Source: Verrucomicrobiales bacterium (GTDB lineage: Bacteria > Verrucomicrobiota > Verrucomicrobiia > Verrucomicrobiales > V1-33). Taken from it: DNA of 64,000 nucleotides. Shown here piece after piece: positions 11,832 through 21,543 of the stretch. Both the position numbers and the translations under genes were made by a program. The stretch covers positions 7,601 to 71,600 of the forward strand of contig JBPCQC010000008.1 in the NCBI GenBank assembly GCA_050998515.1, given 5' to 3'. The notes beneath the pieces are model-generated. The model saw only the letters and a list, made by a program, of their open reading frames with translations. It made no database searches and had not been told where the DNA came from. Numbering within the stretch: the stretch's first letter is position 1; each line of letters starts with the position of its first letter.

Positions 11832-13748
11832 ATGAGCGATCAGGAGTTTGTTTACCCCAGAGGTTTTGATGTTGTCGTCGTCGGCGGGGGCCATGCCGGG
11901 GTCGAGGCCGCGCTGGCTGCGGTGCGGATCGGCGCTGAGGTCCTTTTGCTGACGCAAAACCTGGACACTATCGGCCAGATGTCATGTAATCCCGCGATCG
12001 GAGGTGTCGCGAAAGGACATTTGGTTAGGGAAATTGATGCTCTGGGGGGTGCCATGGGTCTCAACGCGGACGCTACCGGTATTCAGTTTCGAATGTTGAA
12101 TCGTTCAAAGGGGGCGAGTGTGCATTCTCCGCGCGCTCAGTGCGATAAGAAGGCGTATCAGTTTCGGTTGAAGGCGTTGCTGGAGGCGACGCACAGACTT
12201 GACATCATACAGGGAACGGTTTCGGAATTGCTCGTCGAGGGCGGGGAGATTCGGGGGCTGTGCACGCATTGGGGACTCAGAATCGCAACGAAGGCAGTTG
12301 TAATCAGTGCCGGCACCTTTATGAAGGGGCTCCTCCATGTTGGTTTTCGCAAACAGGCCGGTGGGCGGTTGGGGGATGGAAGCTCGACTTTGAGTGACGA
12401 GTTACAACGCATAGGTTTGGAGGTTCGGCGGTTCAAGACCGGAACCCCGTGCAGGCTGAATGGGCGATCCATAGACTTTGCGAAGTGTGAGCGACAGGAT
12501 GGAGATGAGATTCCGCAACCGTTCTCGTTTTGGCCGGAGCGACTTGCGGGCGATCCAGCAGAGATATTCACATTGAATCATTGGCGCAATAACAGGTTCC
12601 ACGTGGAACAGATGCCGTGCTGGATTACTTATACGACGCCCGCCACGCATGACGTCATTCGTCGCAACCTGAATAAATCGCCCCTCTATTGCGGAAGAAT
12701 CGAAGGGCGCGGACCGCGGTATTGTCCGTCAATTGAAGACAAAGTGGTAAAATTTGAAAGCAAAGACCGGCACCAGATTTTCCTGGAACCGGAGGGGCGA
12801 CACACAGGTGAGTATTATGTGAATGGCACTTCGACGAGTTTGCCCTATGAAGTCCAATACGAGTTCTTGCGCACGATACCTGGGCTGGAGAAGGCGGAGA
12901 TCATGCGGCCAGGGTACGCTGTCGAGTATGATTACTGTCCTCCGACGCAACTCCAGACAACCTTGGAGACAAGGAATATAGGCGGCCTTTACCTGGCGGG
13001 ACAGATCAATGGGACTTCAGGTTATGAGGAGGCCGCGGCGCAGGGTTTGATGGCCGGCGCCAATGCAGCACTAAAGATCAAAGGAGCGTCTCCGTTTATC
13101 CTGGCCCGTGACGAAGCCTATGTTGGTGTCCTGCTCGACGATTTGACGGTGAACGGCGTGGTTGAACCGTACCGGATGTTTACGAGTCGAGCCGAGCACC
13201 GGCTGAGTTTAAGGCAGGATACGGCGGATCTGCGGCTAACCGTCCGCGCGGGAGAGTGTGGACTGACAAACGCCGAAGACGTGCGTCGAGTGAAAGCCCG
13301 TGCAGCATTGATGGCTGAGGCGCGCGCCTTATTGCAAAGTGTGGGACCGGACAGCGCCACATGGGAGAAATGGCTCCGACGGCCTGAGAGTTCTTTTCTT
13401 GCCCTGCCGGCCAGCATTATCGAACGAATGCCTCACTCTATTTGGTCGGTTGTCGAAGCTGACATAAAATACGCGGGGTATATCGGGCGCCAGGATCGCG
13501 CACTTGAACGCATGGCGGGTTGGAATCAACACCGTCTTTCTGTTAATATCGAGTATGGTAGCCTCAGGGGTCTGAAGAGAGAAGCTGTGCAGGCACTCAC
13601 GACTTACAAACCAACAACCTTTGCCGAGGCGGCGAAACTCCACGGAGTGACTCCCGCTGACTTGAACGTGTTATTGGTTTGGAGCGAATCCAGGCGCAAG
13701 CATGGATCCGGCGGACAAAGCATCCCGGTGGCGGCAAGTCGGGATTGA
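11832..13748 (+). CDS. mnmG: tRNA uridine-5-carboxymethylaminomethyl synthesis enzyme MnmG (GidA)
   Basis: [58 protein letters not shown]. Confidence 0.98.
   Translation: MSDQEFVYPRGFDVVVVGGGHAGVEAALAAVRIGAEVLLLTQNLDTIGQMSCNPAIGGVAKGHLVREIDALGGAMGLNADATGIQFRMLNRSKGASVHSPRAQCDKKAYQFRLKALLEATHRLDIIQGTVSELLVEGGEIRGLCTHWGLRIATKAVVISAGTFMKGLLHVGFRKQAGGRLGDGSSTLSDELQRIGLEVRRFKTGTPCRLNGRSIDFAKCERQDGDEIPQPFSFWPERLAGDPAEIFTLNHWRNNRFHVEQMPCWITYTTPATHDVIRRNLNKSPLYCGRIEGRGPRYCPSIEDKVVKFESKDRHQIFLEPEGRHTGEYYVNGTSTSLPYEVQYEFLRTIPGLEKAEIMRPGYAVEYDYCPPTQLQTTLETRNIGGLYLAGQINGTSGYEEAAAQGLMAGANAALKIKGASPFILARDEAYVGVLLDDLTVNGVVEPYRMFTSRAEHRLSLRQDTADLRLTVRAGECGLTNAEDVRRVKARAALMAEARALLQSVGPDSATWEKWLRRPESSFLALPASIIERMPHSIWSVVEADIKYAGYIGRQDRALERMAGWNQHRLSVNIEYGSLRGLKREAVQALTTYKPTTFAEAAKLHGVTPADLNVLLVWSESRRKHGSGGQSIPVAASRD
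12595..12610. promoter_or_regulatory. parS site inside mnmG
   Basis: GGTTCCACGTGGAACA, 15/16 match to TGTTCCACGTGGAACA; translated as RFHVEQ. Confidence 0.85.
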
Positions 13749-13869
13749 AGCAGCGTTCCCTAGTTGCGCGGCCATGCAGAGTGCGGCTCAGGCTCTCGAG
13801 CAACGTCTAAGAGCCAACTGGGGACGTGGGATTGGCGACCCGTTGTGGCGGGTGGCAATGGAATTTCTC

Positions 13870-13885
13870 CGTTCCACGTGGAACG
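13870..13885. promoter_or_regulatory. parS site (intergenic)
   Basis: Perfect palindrome CGTTCCACGTGGAACG. Confidence 0.85.
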
Positions 13886-14229
13886 GACGTGCTAATTTAC
13901 CCCTTCGAGAGAATCTAAGGACAGGACTCAAGTAGACCGCGACTCGGAATACGGCAGCGATAAAATAGGCATTGAATGATATCTCAGTCAGCAAGAATAC
14001 TAGCTAGAATAATTACCATCATTACCATATCAAAGGAAACTTGCAACTTTGAACCTCGCGCTTGTTATTATTAGCGGAGCTGATGAGTTGGGTTCGGCCT
14101 TCACGCGACTCGGCTGGGTGGCGTTAACTGGTCATTCGAAATTGCTCCACCAAAAACCATCGGCGCCCTCACTTCACTTGACTGTGGACGATGCTGTGGC
14201 GTTGATAGGCCGTCTTTGACCCTTTCCAG

Positions 14230-16815
14230 ATGACAAAAACACTAATCATTGCGGAAAAACCAAGCGTGGCCTCGGACCTGGCTCGGGTATTATCGCGAAA
14301 GCCCGGCATGACCAAGTTCCGGCGCGAAGGCGACTATTTTGAGAACGAGACACATGTCATTTCCTCCGCGATTGGACATTTGGTCGAGCTGGCATTGCCG
14401 GGCGAAGCGGACGGGAACCGTCCAAAATGGAAGTTTGAAAGCCTGCCGATCATTCCGGAAACGTTTGCGCTGCAGCCGCGCGAGAAGGGCCAGGAGCGTC
14501 TGAAATTGCTTAAACGACTGATCAAGCGTGCTGACATAGGGGAGTTGGTCAACGCTTGTGATGCTGGTCGTGAAGGCGAATTGATTTTCCGCTATATCAT
14601 GGAAGCCACGGGCGCGAGGAAGCCGATCCGAAGACTTTGGATGCAATCGATGACGGATCAGGCGATTCTCGAAGCCTTTCAGCATTTGCGTCCGGACTCC
14701 GAAATGCGAGCCTTGGCGAATGCTGCGCTGTGCCGCAGCGAGAGCGATTGGCTTGTCGGGATCAATGCGACGCGGGCGCTGACAGCCCACAATTCCCGCC
14801 TGGGTGGATTTCGTCTGACGCCGGCCGGCAGGGTGCAGACTCCCACTCTGGCTATTCTGGTTTCACGGCACAAGGACATCAGCGCTTTCGAGCCGCGGGC
14901 GTTTTGGGAAGTGTATGGCGATTTCGGGGTGGAAAAAGGGGTTTATCGAGGGCGATGGTTTCGCGAGGATTTTCAAAAAGACGAAAGAAATGCGTTCGCC
15001 CGCGCGGAGAGGTTGTGGGCCATCGCGGATGCGGAAGCGATTCGATCCCGGTGTGAAAAAAGGACGGGGACCGTCAGCGAAACCAGAAAGCCCTCGAGGC
15101 AGGTGGCCCCGCTGCTTTACGATTTGACTTCGCTGCAGCGCGAAGCTTCGAACCGATTTGGCTTCTCGGCCCGGCGCACGCTCCAGCTCGCTCAAGGGCT
15201 TTATGAAAAGCACAAGGCGCTGACCTACCCACGGACCGACTCACGCTATCTGCCCGAAGACTATCTCAATACGGTGCGGAATGTAATGCAAACGATCAGT
15301 GCGCGCTCGGGTGGTGTGTTGACAAACCTTCCCGCGCTGGCCTCCCGGCTGCTCACGGAGGATCGCATCAGCCCAAGCCGGCGAATTTTTGACGGCAGCA
15401 AGGTGCGTGACCATTTTGCGATCATCCCGACCGATCAGATTCCTGCGAAGCTGGATGAAGCTGAGCAAAAACTTTACGACATGGTGGCGCGGCGATTCGT
15501 GGCGGTTTTCTATCCGGCCGCGGAATTCGAGATTACGACACGCATCACGCGAATCGCCAGTGCAGAAGCAACGGATGCTTTTTTAACCGAAGGCAAAGTG
15601 CTGCTCGTGCCGGGATGGCTCGAAGTCTATGGCAAGAAGCTGGTTGATGATGACGACTCCTCGGTGGCCCTTTGCGAGGCGAAGGACGGCGAGTCGGCGC
15701 TGAACAGAGCGATCGAAGTCAAGGAAGAAGTTACCAAGCCGCCGCCACATTACACTGAAGCGACTTTACTTTCTGCCATGGAAGGCGCTGGCAAGCTGGT
15801 GGACGATGAAGAATTGCGCGAGGCCATGAGCGAAAGAGGACTCGGGACTCCAGCGACGCGGGCACAAGTTATTGAAGGTCTTATTCTTGATGGATATGTG
15901 GTGCGCAATGGCCGGGATTTGGTCGCCACCCCAAAAGGAATTCAACTCATCGATCAATTGCACGAAGCCGGGGTTGAAGTTCTGGCCTCGCCGGAAATGA
16001 CGGGACAATGGGAGTATCAATTGAAGCAGATGGAGCTGGGCCGAGCCGAACGTTCGGCGTTCATGCGGGAGATCCGCGAGCTCGCAGCAAAAATCGTGGA
16101 ACGGACCAAGGCGTTTTCGGCGAAAGCGAAGGAGGTTGTGCTGCCGGATTTGGACCTGCCTTGTCCACTGTGCGGTGCCGTCGGTCTCAAGCAGACCGAG
16201 ACCTTCGTTTCCTGTCACACGCCGAAATGCAAGCTGCGCATCTACAGAACCATCGCCGCGCGTCCCATCACCCGCGAAGAGCTTCAGCAATTGCTCACTA
16301 AAAAGTTTGTCGGCCCTCTCGACGGATTCCGGAGTCGATTTGGGAAGGACTTTTCGGCAGCCCTCGAACTGAAGGAAACCGGCAAAGCCGACTTCGTCTT
16401 CGAGAAAAGCCCCCAGCAAGAAGCGGCGGTGGTTGCCGCACAAGATCCGGCCAACATTCTATGTCCGTGTCCGGTTTGCCGCGAACAAGGCCGGTCCAGC
16501 AACATCTACGACACCCCGGCGGGCTACATCTGTGAAACTCATCTTCGCGAGAAGGGAGATCGTTGCAAACCGAAGGCCAGTTTGCCCAGGGAGTTGTGTA
16601 AAGTCCCCATCAACCGTGACCAGGCGCTGGCTTTCTTCACCGAGGGACGGACGGGAGTGATCGATAAGTTCATTTCAAAAAAGGGCCGGCCATTTTCCGC
16701 CCAGTTGCTTTGCGATGTGAAAGGCAAACGCCTGCTGAGATGGGAATTTCCGCCGCGCGCGGCAAAACCAAAATCCCCGCGAAAGAAAACGCCCGCGGCG
16801 CCGGTGGGAGGCTAG
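14230..16815 (+). CDS. topB: Type IA DNA topoisomerase III with C-terminal Zn-ribbon and topoisomerase C-terminal repeats
   Basis: IIAEKPSVA, DAGREGELIF, GRVQTPTL, TYPRTDS catalytic Tyr, GLGTPATRA; repeats LDGFRSRFGKDFSA and IDKFISKKGRPFSA. Confidence 0.9.
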   Translation: MTKTLIIAEKPSVASDLARVLSRKPGMTKFRREGDYFENETHVISSAIGHLVELALPGEADGNRPKWKFESLPIIPETFALQPREKGQERLKLLKRLIKRADIGELVNACDAGREGELIFRYIMEATGARKPIRRLWMQSMTDQAILEAFQHLRPDSEMRALANAALCRSESDWLVGINATRALTAHNSRLGGFRLTPAGRVQTPTLAILVSRHKDISAFEPRAFWEVYGDFGVEKGVYRGRWFREDFQKDERNAFARAERLWAIADAEAIRSRCEKRTGTVSETRKPSRQVAPLLYDLTSLQREASNRFGFSARRTLQLAQGLYEKHKALTYPRTDSRYLPEDYLNTVRNVMQTISARSGGVLTNLPALASRLLTEDRISPSRRIFDGSKVRDHFAIIPTDQIPAKLDEAEQKLYDMVARRFVAVFYPAAEFEITTRITRIASAEATDAFLTEGKVLLVPGWLEVYGKKLVDDDDSSVALCEAKDGESALNRAIEVKEEVTKPPPHYTEATLLSAMEGAGKLVDDEELREAMSERGLGTPATRAQVIEGLILDGYVVRNGRDLVATPKGIQLIDQLHEAGVEVLASPEMTGQWEYQLKQMELGRAERSAFMREIRELAAKIVERTKAFSAKAKEVVLPDLDLPCPLCGAVGLKQTETFVSCHTPKCKLRIYRTIAARPITREELQQLLTKKFVGPLDGFRSRFGKDFSAALELKETGKADFVFEKSPQQEAAVVAAQDPANILCPCPVCREQGRSSNIYDTPAGYICETHLREKGDRCKPKASLPRELCKVPINRDQALAFFTEGRTGVIDKFISKKGRPFSAQLLCDVKGKRLLRWEFPPRAAKPKSPRKKTPAAPVGG

Positions 16816-17034
16816 GAGTCTGTTGGACAAGGCCTGCATCCCGTCGGGAGCAGAAAATTGCGAGCGCCCGGCGGCGCAGCCCTGCGGGCTGCCTTCGGGA
16901 GGCAGTTCCGGTCCGCTCGGCTGCCGTGGCCCATGGCGCGACGAAGGACCGGAGCGGGTATGCGCGGGCGCTCTCTTCTTGCCATCCACCGAGCCCAACC
17001 CTGCGCGGGCCGCAGGAGTCAATTCAAAAGACTC
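16816..17034. mobile_element. MITE-like non-autonomous element (219 bp) between convergent genes
   Basis: Imperfect terminal inverted repeats GAGTCTGTTGGA / TTCAAAAGACTC, flanked by CTAG and TTAG; internal hairpins; no transposase. Confidence 0.6.
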
Positions 17035-17874
17035 TTAGCCGCTGATCTGACCACGGGCAGCCTGGTGCAGCATATTTTGCAGGCCCTTTATGTCATCCTG
17101 CAAACGAAGAGTTCGCTGACGCAAAACCTGCAGACGCAACTTCGAAAGGTTCGTCATCCCATACGGCCCTTCCTGGACCGATTTCGCTTCCTTATTGATC
17201 CGCGAGATTTCAGCTTTCCGTGCAAAGATGCGGTCCTTGAGCCGCTTTAAAATGATAGGGTCGACGCGCGAGGCGACATCCTTTGGGATGTCCGCCTCGG
17301 GAACGGCTTCGCTGGCAGCCGCCTGCGCCAGTTTCGCGGCCTCGATCGCCTTGATCTCCTCGGGATCATAGAAAAACTTCTTCTGCCATTCGGTGGCAAG
17401 TTTTTCCAGCGGGAGACGACTCACGCCTCCGGAATGCTGAAAGCTCAGCGTGTCTGGCGTCACGTCGGAGATGGTGACGCCTTCAAAGACTTTGCCGTCG
17501 GCGGCTTGCAGCATCGGAATTTGCAGACCTTTGGCCTTCTGACGCATGCTGATCTTATACTTGGCCAGGTGTTCCTGCAGTTCCTTCCTGCTCTTGTCGG
17601 CCTCATCCTGGGCCTTCTCGAGTTGCTGCTTCAATTCGTCATTCGCCTTCTGAAGGTCCTCCGCCTGTTTCAGCGCGTTATGGTATTTGTTTTGAAAATC
17701 CTCTCGGAGCAGCTTCAGTTCGCTCTCCAGCGTCAATCGGACCTTCTCTGCGCGCGCCAATTCCTGTCCCTCGACGCTGACCTCAGGCTCCGGGGGGTTG
17801 CCGCAAGACACTGGGAGCCACAGGCCGAAGAGGGCGAGCGAGAAGCGGAGAGACATTGCTGCGGTGCATTTCAT
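17035..17874 (-). CDS. Hypothetical lipoprotein with coiled coil
   Basis: Hydrophobic signal ending LPVSC; heptad-rich segment; C-terminal region DGKVFEGVTI...FQHSGGVSRLPLEKL. Confidence 0.75.
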   Translation of the reverse strand: MKCTAAMSLRFSLALFGLWLPVSCGNPPEPEVSVEGQELARAEKVRLTLESELKLLREDFQNKYHNALKQAEDLQKANDELKQQLEKAQDEADKSRKELQEHLAKYKISMRQKAKGLQIPMLQAADGKVFEGVTISDVTPDTLSFQHSGGVSRLPLEKLATEWQKKFFYDPEEIKAIEAAKLAQAAASEAVPEADIPKDVASRVDPIILKRLKDRIFARKAEISRINKEAKSVQEGPYGMTNLSKLRLQVLRQRTLRLQDDIKGLQNMLHQAARGQISG

Positions 17875-18029
17875 GGCTTTGGGAAATACGGATGAACTGA
17901 GAACAATTTAGACCTTGGCTGAGTTTTTTCGCTCAAAGGTTTTTCCTTGCGTGGCCTCCGGCAAAGGAACTTCCAAAAGCTTAGAGAAAACACCTAGTGA
18001 GCCGCAAACGCTCCACTCTCCGGCCCGCT

Positions 18030-20342
18030 CTATTTCACCGCCACGGGAGAGGGATCGCTGGGAAACTTGAGCAGCCGGCGCGTTTCTTCGAGAAGAAAGT
18101 CTGGCTTCATAAAGGGATTGAAGCTGATATGCTGCCAGCGAATGCGCCCCTGGCCGTCGATGAGTACGGTAGAGTGCAATGGTCTGGCTTCGAAATTGTC
18201 ATAGGCGCGAAAGGCTTTGAAGGCGGCCAGGTCGGCACTTGATACCAGACTGAAGGGAAATGGGTTGCCGGCCTTATCGAATGTCTTCTGCAAGCCCTCG
18301 AGGTTATCCGTGCTCACGGCTATGAGCTGCAGTCCCGCATCTGAATATTCCCTGGCCTTGGGCGCAAAAACATTGAGCTGTTCCATGCAATGGGCGCAGC
18401 TTTTGCCGAGAAAAAAAAGGAGAATGTAAGACTTTCCGGCGTAGTCGGTGGCTTGATGGCGGTCACCCGCGATGCCGGTGAGCTGCCAGGATGGTGCCGC
18501 CGGCGGGTGCCAGTGAGGAGGTCCGAGCTGGTCCAGTGGCGGACGTTTGCCGAGGTCGGACCCAGGCGGTCCAGGTTTTTGCCAGCCGTTCTGAGCGAGC
18601 GGCGACAGGCGTTTGAGGGCCGGCAAATCGGGATCAGCCAACTGAGCCAGTCTGCTGAGTTTATCGAATTCGGTTTTTGCTTCTGCTTCTTTTCCGGCGC
18701 CTAACAAAATCGAGGCGTAATTGGCGAGCGGTGCGAACTGGCCGGGGGCGGCTTCGGACGCATTCTTCGAGAGTTCGATCGCTTTGTTCTGATCGCCCGC
18801 CCGCGCGAAATAACGCGCCAGGCGACCGTCGGGCACACCCTTGACCGCCGCGAGACGCTCTTTGGCGGCATCGACCTCGCCTGAGGTCAACTTCTGCACC
18901 AGCAATAGTTCGGCGATTTTTTCGCGCAGCCGTTTCAGTTTTTCATCAAACGGCTTGCGAACGGACAAGGCGGCGGCCTCGACATCGCTCGCGCTCTTCT
19001 TTTCATCTCGTGCTTTTTTTTCAGCGGTGGCAGTGCTGTCGTCTCGTTCTTTCTGCCAGGCGTGCTCCTTTTCGAAAAGGGCGACGATTTTGCGGAGGCC
19101 TTCCAACTGGCGACCGGTTTCGAGGTTGGCCAAAGCGATGAGCCGGGCGATGCGCAAGTCCTCCTCGGCGTCTCCCGCAGACTCGAAATAGGGCGTCTGT
19201 TCCAGCTTCAGCACTTCGTCCCAGAGTTCGAATTCGAGTAGCGCGTGCAGCAAGCGGCGGCGACCCTCGGCCCAGGCGGAGCCGTCTTTGCTCCAATCCT
19301 GATTTGCGGTGTTGACGCCGGCCTTCGAACGCGGAATGCGCGGCAGCTCGATGAGATTTTTTGCCAGAGTCACGGCATCCCGTGCTCTGCCGATGTAACC
19401 CCAGTCTTCGACCAGCCAGCCATTGTTATGCGCGTAGTTGTGGATTTCATCCGGCATCAAGTGGTATCGGATCATGTGGGCGTGGTCGACCCGGGCGCTG
19501 GCTTCCTGCTGCCAGGCAGCGTCGGCATATCGCTTGAGCGCCGAATAAGTGTGTCCAGGCATATGCCAGTTGTGAGCGATCCCAGGAGCCGACGGGCCAA
19601 GCAGCGCGGCCGAATCGAGTGCGCGCTCGTCCTTTTCGTTGTTCCAAAGATGAATCCGGTAGTGATGAATGCCGGGATGATCGGGGGCTTTGGCCAGCAC
19701 GTCCTTCGCCAGCGAATCAACAGCCAAGTGGGAGTTGATCTTTAAATCCTGATGATGGGCATTGCGCCAAATGCGACCGACCAAAAATGCCTTGGCCTCG
19801 AGGTCATCCGGATGGTCGCTCACAATCTGTTCCCAGTCCCGCACCAGGTTGCGCAAGCGGTTTTTTTCATCATCGCCGCCCTTCTTTTTCTCATAGAAAT
19901 CCGAGAGGCTTTGCAGCCACGCCCGCTCCTTCGGGTTAAGGTGATCGAGCTTCGCTTTCATGCCGTCGCCGATGATTTGCCGCGCCCGCTCCGTGTTCTC
20001 GACGTTTGCCATTGAGATGCCCCAAAAGGCCATCGTACAATCGGGGTCGATCGCCAGGACCTGGCGGAACGAGCGCTCGGCTTCGAGAAACCAGAATCCA
20101 TGCAACTGGGCCACCCCCTGATTGAAAAAGCTCTGCGCGTCTGCGCTCTTCGTCGTGACCGGGAAACTGCAGATCCCGGCCACGCCGGGAAGAAGGTCGG
20201 CTTTCTGGCGGGGCCCTTCGGAAAATCCTTCTCCCTGCACTGAGTGCCCGGCTTTGAGGGGCGAGTCGTCAGTATGATCGGCCAACCCGGCTGATAGAGG
20301 CAGCAAACAGAGAATGAGAGTGCGAAAGCTCACGGGCGCCAT
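18030..20342 (-). CDS. Secreted TPR-like protein with a C-terminal redoxin (AhpC/TSA-like) domain
   Basis: Signal peptide; AQSFFNQGVAQLHGFW; His-rich HPGIHHYRIH and HNWHMPGH; C-terminal CAHC, AVSTD, LIDGQGRIRW. Confidence 0.8.
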   Translation of the reverse strand: MAPVSFRTLILCLLPLSAGLADHTDDSPLKAGHSVQGEGFSEGPRQKADLLPGVAGICSFPVTTKSADAQSFFNQGVAQLHGFWFLEAERSFRQVLAIDPDCTMAFWGISMANVENTERARQIIGDGMKAKLDHLNPKERAWLQSLSDFYEKKKGGDDEKNRLRNLVRDWEQIVSDHPDDLEAKAFLVGRIWRNAHHQDLKINSHLAVDSLAKDVLAKAPDHPGIHHYRIHLWNNEKDERALDSAALLGPSAPGIAHNWHMPGHTYSALKRYADAAWQQEASARVDHAHMIRYHLMPDEIHNYAHNNGWLVEDWGYIGRARDAVTLAKNLIELPRIPRSKAGVNTANQDWSKDGSAWAEGRRRLLHALLEFELWDEVLKLEQTPYFESAGDAEEDLRIARLIALANLETGRQLEGLRKIVALFEKEHAWQKERDDSTATAEKKARDEKKSASDVEAAALSVRKPFDEKLKRLREKIAELLLVQKLTSGEVDAAKERLAAVKGVPDGRLARYFARAGDQNKAIELSKNASEAAPGQFAPLANYASILLGAGKEAEAKTEFDKLSRLAQLADPDLPALKRLSPLAQNGWQKPGPPGSDLGKRPPLDQLGPPHWHPPAAPSWQLTGIAGDRHQATDYAGKSYILLFFLGKSCAHCMEQLNVFAPKAREYSDAGLQLIAVSTDNLEGLQKTFDKAGNPFPFSLVSSADLAAFKAFRAYDNFEARPLHSTVLIDGQGRIRWQHISFNPFMKPDFLLEETRRLLKFPSDPSPVAVK

Positions 20343-20379
20343 GGTAACCCGAAATGCCCAGCCGCACCACCGGAACGCG

Positions 20380-20581
20380 CAGCCGGTGTTGTAGGTGGCC
20401 TCTGCGAGGCCGCCTCTCCGGGGTCTCAGACCCCGGCTACAGCCGACAGCCGGTGTTGTAGGTGGCCTCTGCGAGGCCGCCTCTTCCGGGGTCTCAGACC
20501 CCGGCTACAACCGACAGCCGGTGTTGTAGGTGGCCCTCTGCCAGGCCGCCTCTTCCGGGGTCTCAGACCCCGGCTACAACC
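20380..20581. repeat. Tandem array of three 67-68 bp REP doublets
   Basis: Units start at 20380, 20447 and 20515; each is TGTAG-GTGGCCTCTGCGAGGCCGC-linker-CCGGGGTCTCAGACCCCGG-CTACA. Confidence 0.92.
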
Positions 20582-20584
20582 TGA

Positions 20585-21541
20585 TCATGAACGCCCTGCC
20601 ACCGTGCGCCACCAATCGACAAATTTTTTCACACCTGCGTCGACGCGGGTTTGGGGATGGAAACCCAGGAATCGTTCGGCCTTTGAAACATCGGCGCTGG
20701 TTCGGGGAACGTCTCCGGGTTGCATTGGAAGCTGGTTGATGGTTGCTTTCTTGCCACAGGCGATCTCGCACGCATCAATCAGTTCGTCGAGCGTTACGGT
20801 TTGGCTTCCACCAAGGTTGAAAATATCGAACGTTGGTCCGCGGTAACTGAGCGCACCGAGGACGCCGGCCACAATGTCGTCAATGTAGGTGTAGTCGCGA
20901 CAGGTGGAGCCGTCGCCATATTTATCCACAGGGCGGCCGTCGAGGATCGCGCGGCAGAATTTCGAAATGGCGAGATCGGGACGCTGGCGCGGGCCGTAGA
21001 CGGTGAAGAATCGGAGCGCAACCACCCGAAGCCCGTGCAGATGGGCATAATTCGAGCAAAGGTGCTCGCCCGCGAGTTTGGTGGCGGCATAGGGTGAAAT
21101 GGTGGCCAGCAACGCATCCTCCTCCCGGAATGGGACCCTCGGATTCAATCCATAGACTGACGAACTCGAAGCAAATAAAACGCGCTCGATGCGGGCGCGG
21201 CGCGCCGCTTCCAGGATATTGAACGTACCCTTGATGTTGACGTCGAGGTAAAGCTCGGGCTGCTCGATCGAGGGGCGAACTCCCGCGCGCGCAGCGAGAT
21301 GAATCACGGCATCGAATTCGCCGGCTTCAAAAATGCGCTCAACCAGAGGCGCATCGCGAATGTCGCCTTCGATGACCCGCACGTCGCCTTTAAACTGTGC
21401 GACATTCTCGCGCTTGATGGCGGGATCGTAGAAGTCATTGAAGTCATCCAGAACGGTGACGACTTGCCCGTAGGTTGCGAGCAACCGGTCGACCACATGC
21501 GAGCCGATGAAACCCGCGCCACCCGTCACCAGGAACCTCAC
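20585..21541 (-). CDS. NAD-dependent nucleotide-sugar epimerase (UDP-glucuronate 4-epimerase-like)
   Basis: VTGGAGFIGS, HLAARAGVRPS, ASSSSVYG, YAATK, RFFTVYGPRQRPDLA, QPGDV. Confidence 0.92.
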   Translation of the reverse strand: MRFLVTGGAGFIGSHVVDRLLATYGQVVTVLDDFNDFYDPAIKRENVAQFKGDVRVIEGDIRDAPLVERIFEAGEFDAVIHLAARAGVRPSIEQPELYLDVNIKGTFNILEAARRARIERVLFASSSSVYGLNPRVPFREEDALLATISPYAATKLAGEHLCSNYAHLHGLRVVALRFFTVYGPRQRPDLAISKFCRAILDGRPVDKYGDGSTCRDYTYIDDIVAGVLGALSYRGPTFDIFNLGGSQTVTLDELIDACEIACGKKATINQLPMQPGDVPRTSADVSKAERFLGFHPQTRVDAGVKKFVDWWRTVAGRS

Positions 21542-21543
21542 AC

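Noticed and set aside
20380-20581. CRISPR array
   Set aside because: Units are near-identical along their full length with no unique spacers, and there are no cas genes.
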